DNA of 64,000 bases from an uncultured Candidatus Saccharibacteria bacterium (GTDB lineage: Bacteria > Patescibacteriota > Doudnabacteria > UBA920): positions 201,481-265,480 of the forward strand of contig CAZHIA010000001.1 of NCBI GenBank assembly GCA_964532425.1, in the 5' to 3' direction. The notes beneath the pieces are model-generated. The model ran no database searches. It was not told the origin of the DNA and saw nothing but the letters and a program-made list of their open reading frames with translations. Numbering within the stretch: the first letter of the stretch is position 1; every line of letters begins with the position of its first letter. This document shows, one piece after another, positions 1 to 9,488 of the stretch. Position numbers and translations under genes: made by a program.

Positions 1-159
1 ATACGTCGGGTTTTACGTTTTGAGTTCGTTAGCGTTCGTCTATCTCGCTTTTCATGCAGGACTGCTTGTGGAGCGCATGTTTAGTTTGCTCATGCATAGC
101 TTCAGCAAACTAAAACCGCCACAACTGTGGCGGAGGGGTATGGTAGCGGAACTGGAATC

Positions 160-702
160 TTAAATTTGGCGCTGCGTGTCTTGGCTGGTGATGCATATTG
201 CCTGCAGCGCGGAATTCCACTTGCGCAGGAAGGTCGGAAACGTAACGTAATCAGAATTACTGCCGCCGTAGTCGACGAGGTAATAACAGCCGGTGTTCTG
301 GATAAAATTTGACGGCTCAATGGCATGATGGTCCATGCCTTTCAGCTCCTGTTGGGCCTCCGCCGGAAGCTGTCCCATGAGGGTGTGCATAGTGCTTTCG
401 TCGGGCATAGAGCCCGGGATGCGCCGCTGGATATTGACGAGTCCGAGGCTGCACATAGTAGGAGCTAAAAACGGAGACCGAAGGCTGTTCCAGGTCTTCC
501 ATTCAGTCCGGTTTTCGTGAATGCCGCGCGTAAAGACTTTCCATCCCCACTTGAATTCTGGCGCAATAAAACGGCCGTCTCCTTTCCAGAGCATTCGGGG
601 AATATTGATAACGACCCCCCAAACACCCCTAAAACTGGGGAATTTGAGGACAATACCATCCAGCACAACGGTTGTCCGGCAGGAACCTTTTTTTATTTCC
701 AT
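160..702 (-). CDS. Small protein with kinase-like motifs, hypothetical
   Basis: 180 aa; VLKFP near the N-terminus, ENRTE helix, late xNF...LVDYG resembling catalytic-loop/DFG motifs of minimal PK-like folds. Confidence 0.5.
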   Translation of the reverse strand: MEIKKGSCRTTVVLDGIVLKFPSFRGVWGVVINIPRMLWKGDGRFIAPEFKWGWKVFTRGIHENRTEWKTWNSLRSPFLAPTMCSLGLVNIQRRIPGSMPDESTMHTLMGQLPAEAQQELKGMDHHAIEPSNFIQNTGCYYLVDYGGSNSDYVTFPTFLRKWNSALQAICITSQDTQRQI

Positions 703-764
703 GGCTTCGTAATTTCTAGTGGTAGTATTATACCATCCCAGGCCGGGTCTGACAATTTCTCACC

Positions 765-860
765 TACGAACTCATAAAACTATTCCTACGAACGTACGAA
801 CCGATCGAACTACGAAAAGCAGTCATTCGTAGTTCGCAATTTTCGTACGCTCGTAGGAAA
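765..860. repeat. Intergenic hairpin built from short TACGAA(C)/TTCGTA units
   Basis: ttcctacgaacgtacgaa...tacgaa mirrored by ttcgtag...ttcgtacgctcgtaggaa. Confidence 0.6.
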
Positions 861-916
861 TGTATGTATTTGGATTGTTCGTGTGTTTCTTGTTGTGATT
901 TTTCAGGATGATCGCG

Positions 917-3289
917 TCAAAGGAATTTCAGGCTGGCGAGCGGGCTTGTCTGTATATCGTTCGCCATCAGGTAATAAATTTTTCCGTTATGAAGTATGGC
1001 CATGCCATGTTGCCCCGCTGCTGTCGAAAAGTTGATGGCCGGGTCGCTCTGAAAACTGCCCGCGGATGACGCGGTTACGCTCGGGCTGCCTGCTAGTTGG
1101 GTTGCGACTGTTTCAATAGTACCGTCCGGATAAGGGAATACTTCCACACTGGCCCGTTGGCCGGTGCGACTGGTCAGGACTACGGTGCTGCCTTGGCTGG
1201 AAGCCTGCCAGTCCGGAGACAGCAACAGCTCAAATCCGGCACTCGGATCCTGGTATACTTCGGCAGTTGACGGAGCAGTTGGAGACGCCGTTCGAGTGTC
1301 CGGTTGGGGACCTTGTTGTGGTGCCGCTTCAGGGATGGTCGCGGTAGAAGGGGTTGTGGTAGAAGTAACCGCGCCTGCCGGCGCCGGGTTGTCAGGGATA
1401 AGATTTACCTGGCTTTGCCCCGTGGGGGAGCCGGCGAGGGCTGTATTACTGAGGCCGGTGGCAATGGTGGCTTTTGAACTCTTCTGCAATAGGAGCACCG
1501 CTCCTGCAATGCCTATTGCGGCAAGCAGTGCCGAGGAGGCGATCTTCAGCCTGCTATGGGGAGCTGCGTCTAATTGTGGTTCCTGTTCGTGTCCGTGCGC
1601 ATGGATATCGGTGACCGGCAGGTAGAAGGATGCAATGAGCCCCAAAAAAATAAACAAAGCGGCGTAAATGAATCCGTCTTTGGCGGCGTTTGTTGAAGCT
1701 TGCTTGGCAAGTTCGCCGATCTCTTGTGATATAACGGGCGGCGTATTTTGCGGTGCGACCCCGCTGGAGCCGAACTCGACATTATTTTGAGGATCACTGA
1801 CGCTTTTGATAATCCCCGGTTTAGCCTGGTCAGGCAGCACCGGGCTATTTTGCACGCCCCGTGAAAGGCCACTCACCAGCGAGGTGAGGACGGCGGCGCC
1901 GATGATGGCAGCACCGAGGCTGGACCCGACCTGCCGGAGCGTATTGTTGACACCGCTGGCCTCACCGGCTTCGCGCGGTGGAACGGATGACAGAGTTAGG
2001 TTGGAGATGGGAGCCATGACCATGCCCATGCCAACGCCAAAAAGGATGAGGCCGGGAATGAGGTGGTTGGCCGTTGCATCGGTGCGAACCAGAGTACGCA
2101 GCAGAAAGAGCGCACAGACCTCAACCAGCAGGCCGGCCTGTATAAGGTACTTCGGAGAAATTTTGCGCTGCAGTACGCCGGTCAGCGGCGCCATGACCAG
2201 GATGGTGGCTGACATGGGCAGCAGGGCCAGGCCAGTATGGAAGGCATCCAGCTGGCGTACGGACTGCAACCACACCGGTAATGCAAAGACCAGTCCGGTC
2301 ATACCGAGCGTCATGATGGCAACGGTAATGGAACCGGAAGTGAATTGTGAGTTTTGGAATAAATGGAGGGAGACCAGTGGTGTTTTGCCGGCAGCCTCGC
2401 GCCGTTTTTGCCACCATACGAATAGTCCCAAAAAGAGAAAACCGAGAATCATGGCGAAGGGGACTATGGAAAGGCCGCCTAAATGCAACTGATGTCCAAA
2501 CAGAGAAAATGTGTCTTTTGCCTTCCACCAGCCATACGTTTCAGATTCAATAATCCCAAAGACAATGCCGAGCAGTCCGATGGCAGACAGGGCAACGCCG
2601 CCCCAGTCAATCTGTGGTTTGCGCTCATCTTTTGATTCGGCCAGGAGCAGGAGCGAACCGAGTATGAGTACGGCCGCCACGAAGACGTTAATGCGGAACC
2701 CCCATCGCCAGCTGTAATGAGTCGTGAGGTATCCTCCCAACAGCGGGCCGATTGCTGAGCTCGCCCCGGCCACCCCACCCCAGATGCCGAAAGCTTTGGC
2801 GCGGTCCGCGCCTTTGAAGTTTGCTACGACGAGCGAAGCAGTCGCAGGCATCATCAGTGCGGCGCCGATACCCTCAATGACGGATTCTCCGATGATCATG
2901 GTGCCGACACGGTTGCTGATGGAAGCCAAAAAAGAGCCTACAGCAAAAATTCCGGCGCCGACCATGAACATGCGCTTGCGGCCGAACAGGTCACCAAACC
3001 GCCCGCCGGTAATTGTGAAAGCGGCAAGAATGAGTGAATAAGCCGTAATGACCCACTGCAGACTTTGTAAGTCGGTATGCAAGTCTTGGATCAGGGTCGA
3101 TAATGATACGTTGAGCAGCGTGGAGTCAATGATGATAATGGCAAGACCTAAAGAAAGCACGACCAGACCACCCCATTTGCGGAAAAAGGACTGGTGCTGG
3201 AGGGGGGTGGATCCAGGCTGAGTTTGGGCTCCTTTAGCTTCGGCTTGTTCTTGGTCTTCTCTGGTGGTTGGAATCGCGATTTCTGACAT
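917..3289 (-). CDS. DHA2 (EmrB/QacA-like) MFS efflux transporter with a C-terminal extracytoplasmic extension
   Basis: DSTLLNVSL, WVITAYSL, GRFGDLFGRKR motif A, WRWGFRINV; then an extra TM helix, a Thr/Pro-rich linker and a small globular domain. Confidence 0.9.
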   Translation of the reverse strand: MSEIAIPTTREDQEQAEAKGAQTQPGSTPLQHQSFFRKWGGLVVLSLGLAIIIIDSTLLNVSLSTLIQDLHTDLQSLQWVITAYSLILAAFTITGGRFGDLFGRKRMFMVGAGIFAVGSFLASISNRVGTMIIGESVIEGIGAALMMPATASLVVANFKGADRAKAFGIWGGVAGASSAIGPLLGGYLTTHYSWRWGFRINVFVAAVLILGSLLLLAESKDERKPQIDWGGVALSAIGLLGIVFGIIESETYGWWKAKDTFSLFGHQLHLGGLSIVPFAMILGFLFLGLFVWWQKRREAAGKTPLVSLHLFQNSQFTSGSITVAIMTLGMTGLVFALPVWLQSVRQLDAFHTGLALLPMSATILVMAPLTGVLQRKISPKYLIQAGLLVEVCALFLLRTLVRTDATANHLIPGLILFGVGMGMVMAPISNLTLSSVPPREAGEASGVNNTLRQVGSSLGAAIIGAAVLTSLVSGLSRGVQNSPVLPDQAKPGIIKSVSDPQNNVEFGSSGVAPQNTPPVISQEIGELAKQASTNAAKDGFIYAALFIFLGLIASFYLPVTDIHAHGHEQEPQLDAAPHSRLKIASSALLAAIGIAGAVLLLQKSSKATIATGLSNTALAGSPTGQSQVNLIPDNPAPAGAVTSTTTPSTATIPEAAPQQGPQPDTRTASPTAPSTAEVYQDPSAGFELLLSPDWQASSQGSTVVLTSRTGQRASVEVFPYPDGTIETVATQLAGSPSVTASSAGSFQSDPAINFSTAAGQHGMAILHNGKIYYLMANDIQTSPLASLKFL

Positions 3290-3524
3290 ACGTAAAGAAA
3301 TGGTTTAATTTGAAAATGGGCAGTTGCTGTGACTGTCTTTCGTAGAGAGGCGCGCAGCCTCTGGTCCATGAGGGGTTTCTAATGAAAAGGCTTGGCCGAG
3401 TCAGGCCGTCTCTTATTAAGACGGACTGGCGGAGTCAAGTCTTGCTCGCGGTACGCACAAAGTGTATTGATTGTATCAAAATCCTTGTCGGGTATCAAAT
3501 CGGCGCTTGGAAGCAGACCGCTTC

Positions 3525-3648
3525 TCAAATTCCAAATCACAAGCATCAAATACCAAATAAATTCCAATACCCAATATTCAAGGCCTGCAGGATTTAGAAT
3601 TTGAAATTTGAATTTTATTTGATTTTTGGGATTTGGAACTTGGTGCTT
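3525..3648. repeat. Hairpin of ~7-bp units (e.g. TCCAAAT/ATTTGGA)
   Basis: aaattccaaatcacaagcatcaaataccaaat... mirrored by ...atttgaaatttg...atttggaacttggtgctt. Confidence 0.7.
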
Positions 3649-3664
3649 TAACGGGTGGGCGTCT

Positions 3665-3684
3665 CCTGCCTGCCGGCAGGCAGG
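3665..3684. repeat. 20-bp perfect palindrome CCTGCCTGCCGGCAGGCAGG (copy 1)
   Basis: Identical copy at 24767-24786; both lie next to 7-mer hairpins. Confidence 0.8.
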
Positions 3685-3764
3685 GTCAGTGTTCCCTACA
3701 CTACATGGTGAATGGGTGAGTGAATCATCCCTCAACTGAATCTCATATGTTATACTACTAATGT

Positions 3765-4865
3765 ATGCCAAAACGATTTTTATTTTTTATAGCAATTGCC
3801 CAATTGCTTATTATTTTGTTCCACTGGTTATTTTACCAAGCGTTCCTGCTTTTGTTCCCGTCGTTGCAGCCTCATCACCTCGGGGTTGCGTGGGCACTGG
3901 GAGTGTTGTCGGTCAGCTTCTTGTATTTTTCGGTCGTTGATTTTAATTCTGAGAATATCGTGGCTCGGGTCGGTTATATTGTAGCCGCGGCTTGGATGCC
4001 CGTATTCTTTTATTTATTTTTAGCCTCCGTCCTCTCCCTCTGCATATACCTGTTTTCTCGCGAGGTGAGTCTGATAGCAGCCCCGATTTTGTACGCTGCT
4101 GCCGTGGTATTGTCTGTGTACGGATTGGTGAACGCGCGTATGATCCGGATCACGAAAGTCAGGGTGCCGCTGCCGAATCTGCCCGCCTACTGGCACGGCA
4201 AGACAGCCGTAATGCTGTCCGATCTGCACCTTGGCCATGTGCTGCGTGAGGGGTACGCGCGCAAACTGGTTGCCCGCGTCAACGCGCTGCACCCTGACAT
4301 CGTCTTCATCCCGGGAGATTTTTTTGACGGGGTTCATACGACATTCAAAGAGTTGGCGGAATTGTTTAAAGGCATCGCTGCGCCGCATGGCATCTATTAT
4401 GTCAGCGGTAATCACGAGCAGATCGCCGGCATGAGAGTTTGTGAGAATGCTTTGGAAGAGACCGGAATTCGGGTGCTCGACGATCAAAAGGTGGAGGTAG
4501 AGGGTCTGCAGATAGTCGGCACTGCGTATCATACGGGCGAAACTGCGGAGAGCTTGCGGCAGATTTTTTCTGCAATGGGAATTGCGCGGGAGAAGCCATC
4601 CGTGTACTTGAAACATATTCCCGACCATTTGGATGCGGCAGCTGACGCCGGCCTGGATTTGCAGCTGTCGGGACACACCCATTTGGGGCAGATTTGGCCA
4701 TTCCGTTTCGTAACCCGCCGCTTGTTCGGCCAATTCGATTATGGCCTGCATTATTTTAAAGACATGGCTGTGTATACCTCAAGCGGCGTCGGAACTTGGG
4801 GACCGCCGATGCGGGTCTTTACCCGCTCAGAGATAGTCTCACTCACATTTATCAACAGGTCATAA
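3765..4865 (+). CDS. Membrane-anchored metallophosphoesterase (YkuE/MPP superfamily)
   Basis: N-terminal TM helices; SDLHLG, PGDFFD, SGNHE, LSGHTHLGQ and GTWGPPMR motifs. Confidence 0.9.
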   Translation: MPKRFLFFIAIAQLLIILFHWLFYQAFLLLFPSLQPHHLGVAWALGVLSVSFLYFSVVDFNSENIVARVGYIVAAAWMPVFFYLFLASVLSLCIYLFSREVSLIAAPILYAAAVVLSVYGLVNARMIRITKVRVPLPNLPAYWHGKTAVMLSDLHLGHVLREGYARKLVARVNALHPDIVFIPGDFFDGVHTTFKELAELFKGIAAPHGIYYVSGNHEQIAGMRVCENALEETGIRVLDDQKVEVEGLQIVGTAYHTGETAESLRQIFSAMGIAREKPSVYLKHIPDHLDAAADAGLDLQLSGHTHLGQIWPFRFVTRRLFGQFDYGLHYFKDMAVYTSSGVGTWGPPMRVFTRSEIVSLTFINRS

Positions 4866-5048
4866 TATATCGAAACTACGAATTCTGCCTCCGCCAGTTG
4901 GCGGATGGCAGGACGAATTTCCGAAGAACTACGAATGCAGGCATTAATAGATTCGATGTATTTAATCAGTTCAGCATTTATAAAATACCCATTCGGATGA
5001 ATGGGTATTAATTTTGGCTGGCTTTTCGGCATGGCCCTGTTTTGCGCA

Positions 5049-5366
5049 TTACGCAGCTGGAGGAAACTCTCTCCGGAGGCGTGATGGCAGTTTGGAGGCG
5101 CGCATGGCAGCGCGGATCGTTTCTCCGTCTGGCGTCAGACGCAGCTTGCCGCGGAGCAAGTTTCTGCGCGCCAGTTCAGGCTCAGGGTCTGCCGGGGGAT
5201 TCACCGCCGTGACAAGGCCGTGGTCGATCAGTTCTCCGAGGTACGAGATGAGCAGGGTACTGCTGAGTTCTTCGCCGCTTTCCTCTTCGATGCGCTCGAG
5301 CAGGCGAACGAGCGTCGTGTCGGCAGAGTGGGGGAAAAACGCAAGCAAGCGACGGGCATCGAGCAT
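5049..5366 (-). CDS. Small winged-helix-like protein
   Basis: 105 aa; YLGELIDHGLV...LRLTPDG wHTH-like pattern. Confidence 0.5.
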   Translation of the reverse strand: MLDARRLLAFFPHSADTTLVRLLERIEEESGEELSSTLLISYLGELIDHGLVTAVNPPADPEPELARRNLLRGKLRLTPDGETIRAAMRASKLPSRLRREFPPAA

Positions 5367-5480
5367 ACTATAGAAACCTCCTGTGTGTACTACCCATAGT
5401 ATACCATTTTTATGGTTGGCGGTTTATCTACATTAAACACACTGTCCAACCAAACACAGGACAGTGTGTTTTTTGTAGCG

Positions 5481-5597
5481 TTAGCTACCCTGCGGACGGC
5501 CGCCGCCATGGGAGGCCCGGCCTCCAGCCTGGGCTACACGGCGCCTCGTTTCTTTGTCAGCCGAGGCGAGTCCGCGCTTGCTTTTTCCACGTGCCAT
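5481..5597 (-). CDS. KGG-type stress-induced small protein (38 aa, below the ORF-track cutoff)
   Basis: Manual translation MARGKSKRGLASADKETRRRVAQAGGRASHGGGRPQGS; purine-rich RBS; downstream hairpin at ~5437-5470. Confidence 0.8.
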   Translation of the reverse strand: MARGKSKRGLASADKETRRRVAQAGGRASHGGGRPQGS

Positions 5598-5840
5598 AGT
5601 CTCCACCCCCTTCCTGAGCTCTGTTACCTAAGCTGAGCCGTATAACAGAATTAGTGCTTAAGTTACTGGATATTTTTTGCTCCGAATATGTAATATCGCA
5701 TATGAATCGATTAGTGAAGTCAACCGGCTGCAAAGCCGTATATAATAGCTAACGGCAGAAGCTCGCAATGGTTACAAGTATTCGATAATTAAAATCCCTC
5801 ACGCAAGAGGGATTTTTTGGTGAAAGACAGCAGCTGCGAT

Positions 5841-6491
5841 TTACGCTTTGGGAATCTTCCGGTAAATAAAGTATGAGTATGCGGTGGTTGCCAGGGCAAA
5901 GGCCAGCACGGCACCCATGGTGAGCAGGAAAGCGGCTTTACCCGGAATAAGCGGAGCTGCTAGCATGAGCAGGCCGCAGGCTACCATCAGATACCCACCC
6001 ATCCGGTGTGTCTTGTTCCAGACATCCTCCGATGACATAGTCCACGGCGTGCGGATGCCGATAAACCAGTTCCGTTTGATCTTACCCATAGAGTTCCCGA
6101 GAATAATGAACAGCAGGCCAATGAGCAGCGGGGTAAGGGTGGCAATGTTTACAGAAAAGCCTAGATTGTACATGCCGCTTGCAATAAAGAGCAGGAGTAA
6201 CATGCCCAGAATTGCAGCTTTGAATACATGATAGACGGACGCGAAGCTTTCATACCGCTGCCGTCGCGGGTCCACAAGAGGGAGGAGCAGGAACAATGCG
6301 TACATGCCGGACAGCAGCGCTGGCAGGAAGAATGCGCCACCTGCGCGGCCCATGTACCCATTCACGCGTCCGTTGGCATCCCAGTGCGTTGCCACCAGCG
6401 CGGGGAAGTGGCGGTAGAAGTAAAAACCGAGCGCCCAGGCAGCTGCCAGCAGCAGCAGGGGAAGCCATTCTGTTTTAAGCGAAAATTTCAT
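5841..6491 (-). CDS. sdpI: SdpI-family immunity membrane protein
   Basis: P..VATHW...G.VNG and KRNWFIGIRTPWTMSSEDVWNKTHR signature; directly downstream of an ArsR gene. Confidence 0.9.
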   Translation of the reverse strand: MKFSLKTEWLPLLLLAAAWALGFYFYRHFPALVATHWDANGRVNGYMGRAGGAFFLPALLSGMYALFLLLPLVDPRRQRYESFASVYHVFKAAILGMLLLLFIASGMYNLGFSVNIATLTPLLIGLLFIILGNSMGKIKRNWFIGIRTPWTMSSEDVWNKTHRMGGYLMVACGLLMLAAPLIPGKAAFLLTMGAVLAFALATTAYSYFIYRKIPKA

Positions 6492-6506
6492 AGTTGTGCC
6501 TTTGAA

Positions 6507-6779
6507 TTATTTTTTAGGATGGATGAATTTTAATATCTGTTCTGCCAGTTCTTCCAACACGCTCAGATTGAGCGAATAAAGAATCTGTTGCCCTCGCCTT
6601 CTTCCGGAAACCAGGCCGGCCCGTTTGAGGATGTCCAGGTGGTGTGACAGGGTTGGCATGGTGACAGGCAAATGCCGGGCAATTTCCGAAACAGCCATCT
6701 CTTTCTTCTTGAGCAGGTCAAGGACTGTTCGGCGGTTCGGATCGGAAAGCGCGGCAAAGGTTTCTGACAGTGGAGCCAT
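6507..6779 (-). CDS. sdpR: ArsR/SmtB-family repressor (SdpR-like)
   Basis: FAALSDPNRRTVLDLL...LSHHLDILKRAGLV...GQQILYSLN; paired with sdpI. Confidence 0.85.
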   Translation of the reverse strand: MAPLSETFAALSDPNRRTVLDLLKKKEMAVSEIARHLPVTMPTLSHHLDILKRAGLVSGRRRGQQILYSLNLSVLEELAEQILKFIHPKK

Positions 6780-6795
6780 GGGATAAATTAGATAA

Positions 6796-6840
6796 TTAGA
6801 TATGTATCTAAATAATAGGACAGGCTAGCAAAAGTGTCAA
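6796..6840 (-). promoter_or_regulatory. sdpRI promoter (TTGACA-17-TATTAT) with an inverted-repeat operator TTAGATA-tg-TATCTAA
   Basis: Palindrome at 6796-6811 lies just downstream of the -10 element, the usual position for ArsR autoregulation. Confidence 0.65.
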
Positions 6841-7103
6841 GCGCGAAATCCGTAACCTAACAGGGAATTAATTTTGTTTGGCTCATTAGTCTGGCCTTTA
6901 GAAATATTTCGCATAATTTAAGGAGCAAGATGTGGAAATAGTCTTGTTACTGCCAATGAGGAGGCTCGTCGATTATTTGGCGGCATCCAATGATGCGTGC
7001 ACAATGTAAATTCCCTTGAGAATGCAGGACTCTACGGGGTATTACCCCGGAGTCTGCAGTGCACAGTCACTATCAGTAATCGCCGGAAAGGAGGTGGATG
7101 GCC

Positions 7104-7193
7104 ATGGCAGGAAATAAAGGTCAGGGAAGAGGCTGGCATGGAGATAGCGAAGGCCATGCGGAGGCTGGCAGCCAGTCGCACAAGAATGACTGA
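7104..7193 (+). CDS. 29-aa Gly/His-rich stress-type peptide
   Basis: MAGNKGQGRGWHGDSEGHAEAGSQSHKND with a strong AGGAGGT RBS. Confidence 0.65.
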   Translation: MAGNKGQGRGWHGDSEGHAEAGSQSHKND

Positions 7194-7407
7194 CATATGC
7201 GCAGGCAGGCCGCTGTGAGTTTTTACAATTTGGCAGGCTCTTTGAGCCACGGCGGGAGATGTCCGCCTCTACTTTTTGAAATGAAAAGCTGGGGCGGATT
7301 TCGTTTTGCTTTCGCGCGCCGGGTCGGCATCGCGGCGATTGAGTACAGCGGGCTTTTTCGGCTATACTATGGTATGGGTGTATATAACTATTTGAACGCA
7401 TTACCGT

Positions 7408-7854
7408 ATGTCAACACAACAATCTTACAATTTTTCAGATCCCGAAATTGAACAGTTACAGCATTTGCGGACCGGTTTTTTGGTTTTGCACAAAGTTCTC
7501 CTTGAATACCAGCGCAAGCAGTATGAGCGGCAGGTTGGGCGCGTGCTCAGCAAAGGCGAGCTATTCAAGCTCGTGGTTGGTGATCCTGCGTTTGGGTGGC
7601 TGCATCCGCTTTCGGAGTTCCTTGTCAGCATAGATACCGTGCTTGACGGAAAATCCCAAGCATCAGACATGAGCCTGTCCGACCTGTTCGGTTATGCGCG
7701 CAAGTTGATCGAGCCGGCCCAGGGAGGCAGCGAATTCCAGCAGAAATATTTTCAAGCAATCCAGGCTGACCCTACCGTTGCGTTGGCCCATGCGAAAGTG
7801 AAAGCGATTGCGGGGGCAGATGAAAAGCATGAAGGGAGCCACGCGGCAGTGTGA
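7408..7854 (+). CDS. Hypothetical helical protein
   Basis: 148-aa ORF with a plausible composition, preceded by TATAAC. Confidence 0.7.
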   Translation: MSTQQSYNFSDPEIEQLQHLRTGFLVLHKVLLEYQRKQYERQVGRVLSKGELFKLVVGDPAFGWLHPLSEFLVSIDTVLDGKSQASDMSLSDLFGYARKLIEPAQGGSEFQQKYFQAIQADPTVALAHAKVKAIAGADEKHEGSHAAV

Positions 7855-8008
7855 CCGCCAGTCTTTCCATATACGGCTGCGGCCCCGGCAACTTTCAGAT
7901 TCGGTATCGTACTTTACTCCCGGCGTTTTATCTGCGAGTAGCTGGGGTAATACTGCCAATGTTTGTACGTCTACATACGTGTGCAGTAAGAAATCCTATA
8001 CAACACAC

Positions 8009-8275
8009 ATGCCAACATTGACTGATCATGAGCGGATACGCGCATGGGCCCAGGAGCGGGATGCTCATCCTGCCATAGTCGAGGGAACCGAATCGGCCAA
8101 AGGCGAAGGCGTATTGAGATTCGATTTCGGCGACCCGAATGACAACCTTCGCCGTATCGACTGGGATGAGTTTTTCCAAATTTTTGATGAGCATGGCCTG
8201 ACTCTGCTCTATGATGAGGATGCAGAAAGCCGGTTCCATAAGTTCGTCTATCCGGAGCATGCGCACCGTGCATAA
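8009..8275 (+). CDS. Conserved small hypothetical protein (TDHExIRxWAxER type)
   Basis: MPTLTDHERIRAWAQER...LRFDFG...IDWDEFFQIFDEHGL...SRFHKFV; start reassigned to ATG 8009. Confidence 0.75.
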   Translation: MPTLTDHERIRAWAQERDAHPAIVEGTESAKGEGVLRFDFGDPNDNLRRIDWDEFFQIFDEHGLTLLYDEDAESRFHKFVYPEHAHRA

Positions 8276-8362
8276 TGAGCAGGAATTGTTCCAGCCTTCC
8301 CTTGAAGGCTGGTTTGTCTTTAGAGAGGAACATGAGTCAATGCAGGATAAACAGGAGGAACT

Positions 8363-9340
8363 ATGACAAGATTTTCCATGGGAGCGGTGGAGTGGTTTCC
8401 TTTTGAGGACCGCACACATGTCGCTACCGTTCTCGATCTCATAAAAGAGGCCGGAATTCCCAGCCTGAGGACATGTATTTCCTGGGCCGATGCTACCCGC
8501 GCAGGCGCGGACCGCTGGTTCGATTTTCTTTTGAACGAATTGGACCGGGCTGATATCGAGGTTATCCCGAACTTCTTTTACACGCCGCCGAGCCTGGCGC
8601 GCACCGCGCCGGATATGCCGGAAGGGAAAACTTCCTTTCCACCAAAGCGGCTTGAGGCCTACGCGGATTTTGTCGGATCGGTTATCGAGCGGCATGGCCA
8701 CCGGTTCGAATGGGTCATGCTCTGGAACGAGCCGGATAACGATGCATACTGGAATTGGAAACTTGACCCTGACAAACGGTTGTTCGCACAAATGTTCAAT
8801 TGCGCCGCCGACCGTGCTGTTGCGCTTGGTAAACGCGTTGTCCTTTCGGCCTGGGGCATTAAGGACGCCCAATGGCTCCAGCTCATGCACCGGCACGGCT
8901 GCCTGCAGCGTTCGCAGGCCGTGGGCGTGCATTGTTTCCCCGGTACCTGGGAGGACATCTGGTACGATTGGCCTGCGGCCTTGGGTACGTTTCGGGCAAT
9001 CCTTAAAGGACTCGGCTCGCCTGCTCAACTGTGGGCTACAGAAATCGGTTTCAGCACATGGGGAAGCGACGGCGATCGTCAGGCGCGCGAGAACGAACAG
9101 GTTCGGGTCTTTGACGAAGCCAACCGCGCGCTGGCCGAGGGGTTGGCTGACCGCATGTATTGGTATTCGGTCATGGACCAGCATATGGACACATTGACCG
9201 ACAATGCCTTAAACCAGGAAGGGAAGACTGCCGACATTAAGGCTTACCACTTCGGATTGGTAGAACGTTCCGGCCGCCGTAAACCGCTGTTTCTCCATTG
9301 GAAAGACTTAAATACACGGCTGGCAGACAAAGCTGCATAA
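8363..9340 (+). CDS. Clan GH-A glycoside hydrolase (beta-xylosidase-like)
   Basis: WNEP acid/base and WATEIG nucleophile motifs; AGGAGG RBS. Confidence 0.8.
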   Translation: MTRFSMGAVEWFPFEDRTHVATVLDLIKEAGIPSLRTCISWADATRAGADRWFDFLLNELDRADIEVIPNFFYTPPSLARTAPDMPEGKTSFPPKRLEAYADFVGSVIERHGHRFEWVMLWNEPDNDAYWNWKLDPDKRLFAQMFNCAADRAVALGKRVVLSAWGIKDAQWLQLMHRHGCLQRSQAVGVHCFPGTWEDIWYDWPAALGTFRAILKGLGSPAQLWATEIGFSTWGSDGDRQARENEQVRVFDEANRALAEGLADRMYWYSVMDQHMDTLTDNALNQEGKTADIKAYHFGLVERSGRRKPLFLHWKDLNTRLADKAA

Positions 9341-9488
9341 GTCAATAATACCGCCTCGATGCACATCGAGGCGGTCTTTTATGATGAGAGGTTTGACTTG
9401 AGCTTTGAGCTCAAGCGTTTCTCGGCCATACGAGTCAAAACCCCGGCTGTACAGCCGGGGTTTTGGTCTTGTGTACTCGTGATCAGTA

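Noticed and set aside
3379-3771. 130-aa ORF containing PACRQAG
   Set aside because: It is a translation of the palindrome and 7-mer repeat hairpin, not a credible protein
7928-9184. 418-aa minus-strand ORF and similar long antisense ORFs (e.g. 18024-19052, 4020-4751, 1806-2492)
   Set aside because: Shadows of well-supported genes on the opposite strand, with no motifs of their own
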